A DNA stretch of 7,949 nucleotides from a virus. Lineage: Duplodnaviria; Heunggongvirae; Uroviricota; Caudoviricetes. The DNA lies in the IMG/VR virus record IMGVR_UViG_2695420523_000004, one strand, 5' to 3'. A model generated the notes under the pieces. It saw nothing but the letters and a program-made list of their open reading frames with translations, did no database searches and was not told the origin of the DNA. The first letter of the stretch is position 1. Every line of letters starts with the position of its first letter. Below, piece after piece: positions 1 through 7,949 of this stretch. Position numbers and translations under genes: made by a program.

Positions 1-397
1 ATGGATTCCTGTCCCCCTTTGAGGTGGTTTCCACCAGTGCCTGCACGCCGAAAGTAAAACGCAGACGGTCGATGTTTGCCGACGTGATGGTCCGGGTGAT
101 CGGCGTGTCATATTTCACTTCTGTACCGAGCACCGTCTCGGAGCCGGAGGATTCAAATCCCTCCGGCGGTGTCTGCTCCTGCTCACCGGCCAGGAACACC
201 ACCGTGACGCCGGATATATTGGTATTCCCCTCACTGTCCAGCACCGGCGTACTGTTCAGCAGCACGCTTTTTAATCCATCCACCGGACCTTCAACCGGCC
301 CTTCGCTGATGGCATCGATCACACTCAGCAGCTGCGTGGACTTCAGGTTGTCCTTCGCTTCGCGCGGGGTATGCCCCTTACTGCTGCCTTTACCCAT
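1..397 (-). CDS. J: Tail tip host-specificity protein J, N-terminal 132 codons only; the gene continues beyond the window start
   Basis: Minus-strand translation from ATG at 397-395 reads MGKGSSKGHTPREAKDNLKSTQLLSVIDAISEGP..., matching the lambda gpJ N-terminus from memory. GGAG Shine-Dalgarno 8 nt upstream. Not in the ORF track because no stop lies within the window. Confidence 0.9.
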   Translation of the reverse strand, partial: MGKGSSKGHTPREAKDNLKSTQLLSVIDAISEGPVEGPVDGLKSVLLNSTPVLDSEGNTNISGVTVVFLAGEQEQTPPEGFESSGSETVLGTEVKYDTPITRTITSANIDRLRFTFGVQALVETTSKGDRNP

Positions 398-419
398 TCG
401 TCACGCTCCATAAACGACA

Positions 420-439
420 AAACCGCCCGCAGGCGGTTT
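420..439 (-). terminator. Intercistronic stem-loop (8 bp stem AAACCGCC/GGCGGTTT, 4 nt loop) followed on the minus strand by a U-rich tract, between I and J
   Basis: Perfect inverted repeat at 420-427 and 432-439. On the coding strand it is followed by TTTTGTCGTTTAT and then the J ribosome-binding site. Function as terminator, attenuator or RNA-stability element is inferred, not shown. Confidence 0.3.
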
Positions 440-457
440 CACATAAAATGTTTTGCA

Positions 458-1105
458 TCAGCGACCAATCACCACAACCTGACCACCATCCCCTTCGTCT
501 GCCGTGCTGATCTCCTGAGAAACCACACGTGATCCCACGCGCATTTCCCCGTACAGAACAGGCAGAACATTGCCCTGGGCAACCATGTTATCCAGTGACG
601 AGAAATACGTGTTCTGTTTGCCGTTATCTGTACTGGCTGCCGTGGGCGTCCTGGCTTTCGGTGCCAGCATCTGCGCCACACCACCCAGGATCATACTGGC
701 CCCTGCTGCATACATACCCGATACAGCCGCGGCCCCCAGCCAGCCAACAGGGTTCCACCATGCCACCGCAATCAGCGCCGCACCCAGCACCGCCTGAAAC
801 ACACCGCCACTTTTGGCACCCGCCAGACGCGGAACGACGTGGATCACGGCACCATTTGCCAGCGGTTCATTAAGACGGGCAGATAATTCATTTTCGCCTG
901 CATCACGCCCGGAAATGCGCACCTGATACCAGCCCTCATTCAGTTTCTGGCGAAACGACGGAAGCTGTGTGGCCAGCGCCCGGATGGCTTCAGCCCCCGT
1001 TTTCACACGAAGGTCGATGCGGCGGCCAAATCGTTGTAAATCCCCGTAAAGGCAGATGCGTGCCATGCCCGGTGACGCCAGAGGGAGTGTGTGCGTCGCT
1101 GCCAT
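458..1105 (-). CDS. I: Tail tip assembly protein I
   Basis: 215 aa ORF. Overlaps the 3' end of K by about 100 nt as in lambda. Product resembles lambda gpI from memory, with a hydrophobic Gly/Ala-rich central segment. Position between K and J is as in lambda. Confidence 0.88.
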   Translation of the reverse strand: MAATHTLPLASPGMARICLYGDLQRFGRRIDLRVKTGAEAIRALATQLPSFRQKLNEGWYQVRISGRDAGENELSARLNEPLANGAVIHVVPRLAGAKSGGVFQAVLGAALIAVAWWNPVGWLGAAAVSGMYAAGASMILGGVAQMLAPKARTPTAASTDNGKQNTYFSSLDNMVAQGNVLPVLYGEMRVGSRVVSQEISTADEGDGGQVVVIGR

Positions 1106-1745
1106 TTGTCGGTATACCTCTCTCGTTTACTCAGTTGTTCAGGAATATGGTGCAGCAGCTCGCCGTCGCCGCAGTAAATAGCGGCATGATTCGGCACCGA
1201 TGAACCAAAACAGCACAGCAGCACATCGCCCGGCTGCGCCGCTGACAACGGCACCTGATATAGCCCCGTTGCCTCCAGATTATCCAGATAGAGATTCTGA
1301 CCGTGACGCCACCAGTCATCCTCACGATGAAAATCCGGCATCTCAATCCCCGCCAGATGGTAAGCATCCCGGAACAGCGTGTAACAGTCCGTCACCCCGT
1401 GCTCAAAGCGCCGCCCGGTGAGATGCGGCACACAGCGGAATTTATGAATCTCACCCCGGCAGACCAGCCACCACGGCAAATCACTATGCACCTGCAGCCG
1501 CCGGTCGGCCTCACTCAGCCAGGGCAGACCACCGGGGTGGCTGTGGACCAGCGCCACAATCTCACCCTGCATCTCTGCCCGCAGCCAGTCCTCCGGCGAC
1601 ATCCGGAAATACTCCTCCGGCTCACCGGAGATATTCACGCAGGGAAAATATCTTCCCCTTCCGGCGTTCTCACCACGAAGCCGCACGACTCCGCTGGCGC
1701 ACATCGCCGGGCGTGCGCCAGAATCGCTGATTCTGTCTCTGTCAT
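1003..1745 (-). CDS. K: Tail tip assembly protein K (JAMM/MPN plus NlpC/P60), apparently interrupted by a 1-nt frameshift near 1650-1655; an in-frame 199 aa product from ATG 1602 is also possible
   Basis: Frame B (1003-1602 and upstream) contains the HSHPGGLPWLSEAD motif (HxHx7SxxD) and a C-terminal NlpC/P60-like region. The expected N-terminus, MTETESAILAHARRCAPAESCGFVVRTPEGE with a candidate JAMM Glu, is encoded in a different frame: ATG at 1745, 6 nt after the L stop, running into a stop at 1635-1637. ATG 1602 has a GGAGGAG Shine-Dalgarno. Confidence 0.8.
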
Positions 1746-1750
1746 GGGAT

Positions 1751-2449
1751 TTACTGCGAAAGTTTGTTAATGGAAAGGTAGCCGCCAAAATTGCCGACGT
1801 TATTGCGGAACTTGCAACCACTCAGGCATTTGCTGCACTTATCCTTCGTGATATCGGACGTTGGCTGGTCATATTCATCCGCGACAGCCGGGCCATCATA
1901 ACCGCACTCATCGCCACGGTAGATCCAGGTGCAGGTGTTGGCCAGCATGATGCGCCCCGGAAAAACGGCACCATCCGTTTCCGTCGGTGTGGACAACACA
2001 AAGGAGGCACTGACCGCGCTCAGTTCGCTGCACTGCTCGATGCGCCAGCGGCTGATCACCTCCTGCTCCGGATCGGCGTCACTGTTTCCGTTGACGAAGT
2101 TCACCGCATCCAGAAAACGGGCGTAAACCTTACGCCTGACCACCGTTCCGCCGACCAGACTCTGCAGGTCTTCCGCCATCCCGGTGACCATGCCGTGCAG
2201 GTTAGAGACTTTCAGCGTTGGTCTTGCACTGGCTCCTTTGCCGTTCATCTCAAAGCCGCTTCCCTGAATAGGGTACGCCTGATACTGTCGCCCCTGCCAA
2301 GTGACCGACTCACCTTTTTCGTTCTGCTCATTACAGAAAAAATAACGTTCTCCGCCGACCTCTGTCAGATCGACTTCCCAGAGCACGATCAGCGCGGATT
2401 GCTCCGTTTTAGTGCACTCATTGAGTGTTTCCTGCTGTATATCCTGCAT
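1751..2449 (-). CDS. L: Tail tip assembly protein L
   Basis: 232 aa, the same length as lambda gpL and near-identical from memory (MQDIQQETLNECT...FGGYLSINKLSQ). C-terminal cysteine cluster. Start overlaps the M stop (TGATG). Confidence 0.92.
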   Translation of the reverse strand: MQDIQQETLNECTKTEQSALIVLWEVDLTEVGGERYFFCNEQNEKGESVTWQGRQYQAYPIQGSGFEMNGKGASARPTLKVSNLHGMVTGMAEDLQSLVGGTVVRRKVYARFLDAVNFVNGNSDADPEQEVISRWRIEQCSELSAVSASFVLSTPTETDGAVFPGRIMLANTCTWIYRGDECGYDGPAVADEYDQPTSDITKDKCSKCLSGCKFRNNVGNFGGYLSINKLSQ

Positions 2450-2790
2450 CAGTGAGTGACCTCTTCAAAGGTACAGTTAAAATCGGTATACATGGCATTA
2501 TCCGAAATGCTCCACTCCCTGCAGACAACCCGGACAGTCCTGTTGTGTTTTGGCGGACGCCACAAAAAAGCACGAATCCCGGCATGACGGGATAAAAAAC
2601 TGTCCAGCGCGGCACGGGAATATTCATCTGTGACACGAAATACCGGTTTAAACGTTTTCAGATCCGCATTCAGACCACCAGCCCGTCGCTGTTCATATCC
2701 GTCACCAAACTTTACCGTAATAACTGATGGCTTTCGTGTCGTCTCCATCCCCTCACGGGGGATCCAGTTAAAAACTTCAGGCTCAGGCAC
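2449..2790 (-). CDS. M: Minor tail protein M
   Basis: Contains VKFGDGYEQR...FLWRPP, matching the lambda gpM pattern RFGDGYSQR...FLWTPP from memory. Preferred start is GTG at 2790-2788 with a GGAGGA Shine-Dalgarno 7 nt upstream, overlapping the H stop by 8 nt. Alternative ATG starts at 2805 or 2835 lack an SD. Confidence 0.82.
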   Translation of the reverse strand: MPEPEVFNWIPREGMETTRKPSVITVKFGDGYEQRRAGGLNADLKTFKPVFRVTDEYSRAALDSFLSRHAGIRAFLWRPPKHNRTVRVVCREWSISDNAMYTDFNCTFEEVTH

Positions 2791-5700
2791 TGTACAATCC
2801 TCCATCCCGACGCGATGACTGCATAATTGACACAACCCTGCTGTCGATCAGATCCACCAGTCCCCTGGCTGAGCGCGCATCTATCTCGCCATTGCTCCCT
2901 TGATTCTGAATGCTGATGTGATACACGGGAGAATAAACAACCCCCCCGCCACTATTCACATTGCCAATGGCTCTGACCCCAAGAGAGCCGTCCGCTGCCC
3001 GTGTCAGTGGCATGATAGCTTCAGGCCCGGCCTCGCCCATCAGCCCGGCACCTTTCGCAAAAGCAAAATACGTCGGTGTATCCACAATAGTGTTACTGTA
3101 AGCACTCAGATTTGCCGATGTGTAAACACCACCTTTTGCGTTTGCCACCGCCCCCGAAATCCATCCGCCGACCGTACCAAGCCACCCTCCGGCACCGGAG
3201 AGTGACTTCAGTCCGTTAACAATGGCCGCATTCATCAGAATTTTTGAAACTTCCCGGAGAACTGAACTCCCCCAGTTTCTCCAGTCCACAACATTTCCGG
3301 CCAGTGCATCGGAAATATTTGATACCAGTCCGTCCATAGTGGAAACGACAGCATCTGCCGCCTGCGAAGCATAATCGGTGGCACTGTCTGCCCAGTTGGT
3401 CAGCCCCTCCTGGAGTCCTGCATTCCAGTTATTACGTAAAGCATCGGCCTTTGCATAATAATCCTGCTGATCGCTGAGACGCTCTTCCAGATATTTTTTA
3501 TTCAGTTCTTTCTCCTGTTTCCACAGGGCTTCTTCAATTTCTCCGGCCTGATACTGTCTCAGAAGCTCGTTATTTTTCTGCTCAAACTCATGCCGGATAC
3601 TCCACATTTCCTGGAGTCGTTCACGCATCCGTGAGCCTTCACCATATCCCAGTAACTGCGCGTCGTCAGATGCCCGGGCACTGGCATTACTGTCCGCCAG
3701 GCTGCTTTCATACGCAGCAAGCTGCTCACGAATCTTTTTCTGGTCGATGAGTGCTGCATTCTGCAAAAGCGTTTTTTTCTGCGCTTCTGACAGGGTTGAT
3801 AATTCGCCCTGACTGACCTGATATTTCATCTTAGCCAGTTCAGTATTCTGCCCTGCCAGTGCTATTTGTTCTTTTTGCTGTTTAATCAGCCGTTTATAAA
3901 TATCTTCTGTTTTTTCCGCTTCGGTCTTTTTATGCGCTTTGGGTTTATTTGCCTGGTTATTTCGCCAGGCATCCAGTGAGTTATTGATATAATTCTGTCT
4001 GGCTGTCTGATACGCCTCTCCCACAAAGCCGAGATCATCCGCAGCATAACCCAGGCGGGCACGCTCACGGGCTTCCCCCTTCAGGCGGGACAGAGCCAGT
4101 TCGCGCTCGCTGTTATTCAGTGCAGTCTGCGGTTTATCATCCAGGGTTGCCTGTGGTAGCCGTAACGGTACATTCACCAGCCCCTGTCGCTGCTGAAGTA
4201 ATTCATTACCGAGCCCGAGAAGGCGATTAAACTCGGTATGCTGCCCATTCATGATCAACAGGGACTGATACGCTTTGTTTTGTTCCGCGGCCTGTTGACG
4301 GATCAACGCCACCCGTCGCTCCTCCAGCCCGGCAAGCACATCCTGAATGGATTGCGCTTTGCCCTGCATTTGTGTGAGACGGGACTGTTCAACTGCCAGT
4401 TGATTTGTTGCTTCTGCAAGCCCTTCTGTGACAGTTTTTACCGACGTCATGTGGTTAATCATAAAACCGTTATCGGTTGTCCAGCCCGGGTTTGCCAGCA
4501 CATACTGATAGCCAGCAATTTTTTCCTGTAAGGATTTAATCTTACTTTTCTGCTCGTCAATTAACCTGTTTTGCTCATCAAGTGCCTGCCGCGTCTTTTC
4601 CTCATTATCTGACGCTTCAGGAAGCGACATTGCCGACGTTTTCTGGCGAATTTCGTCGATTGTTGCGGCATACTGGCGTGCAGATTCTCTGGCCTGCTCC
4701 TGATTCTGATACATCGTGTACCAGGCCGTCGCCCCCAGCATGACGAGTCCCGGCACACCACCAACCAACCCCAGCGCACCACTTAACAGACGACTCCCCA
4801 CTGACGTGACAGTATTCAGCGTTGTCTGTGCCGCTGTTCTGGCCGCAATATTACGGGTAAGTGACGCCTGAGCAGCTGTCAGCTTCGCTTCTGCTGCGGC
4901 CTGCCTTTCGGTACCGCGAGCAGCAACAACCGCCTGTTGCGCACGATAAACCGCCGCACGCGCCCTGGCGGTTGCTATCTGTGTCCCCCGAAGTTGCGCT
5001 TCAGCAAGAGCCACTTCGTTTCTGGCTGCAGTAATTAATCCGGCAGTTGCAGATCCAGCAGACGACGCCATATTGCCAAAATATCGGGCTACCCCGACGG
5101 CAACCAGAGCACCGGCAGCGGTTGCCACGGTATCAATATTGCCTGCAAGACCATTCAGCACCCCGGAGAGCGTCTTCGTCACTCCGCTTGCCTCGTTCGC
5201 ACCACCAACCCAGGCCATAAAGGCGTTTTCAACTTTGGTTGCAGAGGATGAAACCGTATCAGGCATTGCTGCATATTCATCACGCAACGCCCCAAGCTGA
5301 CTAATCAGTGCAGGAACAACCTTATCGGCGGTTAGTTTTCCGTTATCCGCCATGGCCTTCAGATCCTTACGGGCAACGCCCATTCCCGCAGCCAGCGCAC
5401 GAATAACACGATCACCGCTCTCATTCACCGAGTTAAACTCTTCACCGCGCAGCACTCCCTGCGCCAGTGCCTGACTGAACTGCGTGATCACCGAACTGGC
5501 TTCTGCTGTACTGGCACCGGATAATTTCAGGCCCGTGGAGATCGCCTCGGTGACTTTCAGTACCTCCTCAGAACTGTAACCATACTCCCGCATGGAAGCT
5601 GCAGAACGGGCAAAAAGGCTGGCGTTATCAGAAAACGCCGTCCCCGTTCTCTGGCTGATCGCCATTAATTCACGTTGTGATACCTGAAAATCATCACTGG

Positions 5701-6016
5701 ACTGTGAGGCCTGCTTCAGACGGGCATTTACTGAATTCCACTCATCGGCGAGAGAAATAAGATGACCGGTAGCAAAAGCCCCGGCAAATGCCCCCGCCAT
5801 ATTCAGTGCCGAAGATTTAGCTGTATTTATCTGATCCGTCACTTCTGCCAGTGCACGCCGCATTTCACGGGATGCAGCAGCGGACTGCCGGCCTCCGTTC
5901 TGCATGGTACGGTAGTAATCCTGCCCCATACGCGAAGCCCGGGAGATCTCTGACTGGAATGACCGGGAATTTGCCGAGATTTTAATAATCAGTTCACGTA
6001 ATGTCGCCACACTCAT
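2783..6016 (-). CDS. H: Tail tape measure protein (gpH-like), 1077 aa
   Basis: Single long ORF between the G-T chaperone and M. Ala/Gln-rich, coiled-coil-like central region and a Gly-rich C-terminal part typical of tape measure proteins. Position is conserved in siphovirus tail operons. Confidence 0.92.
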   Translation of the reverse strand: MSVATLRELIIKISANSRSFQSEISRASRMGQDYYRTMQNGGRQSAAASREMRRALAEVTDQINTAKSSALNMAGAFAGAFATGHLISLADEWNSVNARLKQASQSSDDFQVSQRELMAISQRTGTAFSDNASLFARSAASMREYGYSSEEVLKVTEAISTGLKLSGASTAEASSVITQFSQALAQGVLRGEEFNSVNESGDRVIRALAAGMGVARKDLKAMADNGKLTADKVVPALISQLGALRDEYAAMPDTVSSSATKVENAFMAWVGGANEASGVTKTLSGVLNGLAGNIDTVATAAGALVAVGVARYFGNMASSAGSATAGLITAARNEVALAEAQLRGTQIATARARAAVYRAQQAVVAARGTERQAAAEAKLTAAQASLTRNIAARTAAQTTLNTVTSVGSRLLSGALGLVGGVPGLVMLGATAWYTMYQNQEQARESARQYAATIDEIRQKTSAMSLPEASDNEEKTRQALDEQNRLIDEQKSKIKSLQEKIAGYQYVLANPGWTTDNGFMINHMTSVKTVTEGLAEATNQLAVEQSRLTQMQGKAQSIQDVLAGLEERRVALIRQQAAEQNKAYQSLLIMNGQHTEFNRLLGLGNELLQQRQGLVNVPLRLPQATLDDKPQTALNNSERELALSRLKGEARERARLGYAADDLGFVGEAYQTARQNYINNSLDAWRNNQANKPKAHKKTEAEKTEDIYKRLIKQQKEQIALAGQNTELAKMKYQVSQGELSTLSEAQKKTLLQNAALIDQKKIREQLAAYESSLADSNASARASDDAQLLGYGEGSRMRERLQEMWSIRHEFEQKNNELLRQYQAGEIEEALWKQEKELNKKYLEERLSDQQDYYAKADALRNNWNAGLQEGLTNWADSATDYASQAADAVVSTMDGLVSNISDALAGNVVDWRNWGSSVLREVSKILMNAAIVNGLKSLSGAGGWLGTVGGWISGAVANAKGGVYTSANLSAYSNTIVDTPTYFAFAKGAGLMGEAGPEAIMPLTRAADGSLGVRAIGNVNSGGGVVYSPVYHISIQNQGSNGEIDARSARGLVDLIDSRVVSIMQSSRRDGGLYSA

Positions 6017-6026
6017 TCTCCGGACG

Positions 6027-6048
6027 AAAAAAAACCGCCGAAGCGGTT
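6027..6048 (-). terminator. Intercistronic hairpin (AACCGC-TTCG-GCGGTT) followed on the minus strand by a T6 tract, 10 nt upstream of the H start codon
   Basis: Inverted repeat at 6033-6038 and 6043-6048 with a UUCG tetraloop on the coding strand. A-run at 6027-6034 on plus gives the U-tract on minus. Lies in the 40 nt gap between the T stop (6057) and H ATG (6016). Confidence 0.35.
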
Positions 6049-6056
6049 ATGTTGAC

Positions 6057-6744
6057 TCACTGAGACACTATTAAAAGCGCGTTTTCCAGTCCGGCAAATG
6101 GATCTGAAGCGCCTTCTGTCTGCTCCTTCTCCCACTGAAGAAGCGCATCATTCAGTGACACTTTGACCCCCTGCGCACCGTAAACAGCTGAAACAATCTG
6201 GGCAGCCCGGAAATCAGCCCGTTCGTCCCCCAGCGGGCTGAACCTGTCAAATTCTGCCCACATCATGATTTCTGATGCGGACATTTCCCGGCGTAACTCT
6301 GACAATGTGCGCCCCATCCTGAGCGCCAGCATCATCAGAAAACGCATCCCCGGAAGCGCTACTTTTTTTTAACCTCGCCGGCATCACTGATCAGTTCCAG
6401 AGACTGCCGAAGAAGCCGCGCATGCACCGGGCCATACACGGCAATCACCTGTTCACGATCATCCTCTGAAAATACGGGTTGCAGTCCGGTATCACACAGA
6501 ACATCAATGAACAGTTCAACATCTGCCTCCAGATTTCGGCGGGCGCGCTCCGCAACGGATAACGGTGTCTCATCATCTTTTGCTTTAACGATCTCCTGCC
6601 AGCGCAACCAGGCTTCTGCAGAAGGTTCCCGTAACACAACCGTTGCTCCCTCCCATTCAGGCACATCAACGGTTTTATGGCGAAACCCCGACATCGTTGC
6701 CAGTGCCAGATTACGGATATTTTTAGTCATCACATCCATCCTCA

Positions 6745-6745
<1 letters not shown>
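6057..6745 (-). CDS. T: Tail assembly chaperone G-T fusion, made by -1 programmed ribosomal frameshift
   Basis: The T reading frame (6057-6347) is in the -1 frame relative to G. Slipping at A_AAA_AAG (6368-6362) gives ...GEVKK-K-V-A-L-P-G-MRFLMM... with no intervening stop. This is the conserved G/GT arrangement of long-tailed phages. Confidence 0.85.
6359..6745 (-). CDS. G: Tail assembly chaperone G
   Basis: 128 aa ORF immediately downstream of V (TAATG overlap), ending ...GEVKKK-stop. The true start may be ATG at 6730, which has a better-spaced GAGG. Position and the frameshift partner identify it. Confidence 0.85.
6362..6368 (-). other. Slippery heptamer A_AAA_AAG for the -1 programmed frameshift, directly followed by the G stop codon TAG
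   Basis: Plus-strand T8 run at 6363-6370 reads as A8 followed by G on the coding strand. The frame arithmetic was checked codon by codon. Confidence 0.8.

Positions 6746-7949
<1,204 letters not shown>

Noticed and set aside
24-413. 129 aa plus-strand ORF
   Set aside because: Lies entirely antisense to the highly conserved J N-terminal coding region. Low-complexity Ser/Thr/Pro composition and no ribosome-binding site, so it is treated as a shadow ORF.
1303-1770. 155 aa plus-strand ORF, and the 78 aa and 73 aa ORFs at 967-1421
   Set aside because: Antisense to K and I. Pro/Arg-rich translations typical of GC-rich antisense frames.
1746-1821. Upstream extension of the K ORF to a GTG at 1821 (the 272 aa ORF-track entry)
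   Set aside because: This stretch overlaps the 3' end of L in another frame, and its translation does not resemble K. The genuine K N-terminus is in a different frame starting at ATG 1745.
2418-2636. 72 aa minus-strand ORF overlapping M
   Set aside because: Alternative frame within M; M itself has the conserved FGDGY and FLW motifs.
2900-5953. Several 60-100 aa plus-strand ORFs inside the tape measure gene (2900-3205, 4238-4531, 5073-5300, 5762-5953)
   Set aside because: All are antisense to one continuous 1077 aa ORF with tape-measure character. None has a start context or recognisable domains.
6347-6347. Independent translation start for T at ATG 6347
   Set aside because: T ORFs in this gene family are expressed only as the G-T frameshift fusion, and the ATG lies 12 nt after the slippery site in the shifted frame. 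It is probably a coincidental in-frame Met.
6445-6669. 74 aa minus-strand ORF inside G in another frame, and the 81 aa plus-strand ORF at 6507-6752
   Set aside because: Overlap the G coding frame, which has the conserved frameshift relationship to T. Treated as frame shadows.

Overview
This window is the tail-morphogenesis module of a lambda-like (siphovirus) prophage, encoded almost entirely on the minus strand in lambda gene order: U (3' remnant), V, G/G-T, H, M, L, K, I and the start of J. At the upstream end (window right edge) an IS21-family insertion sequence (IS100-like istA on the plus strand) replaces the 5' part of U. Gene calls rest on reading the ORF translations against remembered lambda protein sequences and family motifs, not on any search. 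L, K, I and J look nearly identical to lambda, while V, G, T, H and M look divergent, which suggests a mosaic. Two genes, K and istA, each appear to carry a single-base loss in a short A/T run, so this is either a decaying prophage or homopolymer sequencing error. Three hairpin-plus-U-tract elements sit in intercistronic gaps of the tail operon, and the G/G-T pair has a clean A_AAA_AAG -1 frameshift site. I see no convincing evidence of a new defence or other undescribed system; the interest here is prophage decay, recoding and operon-internal RNA structure.
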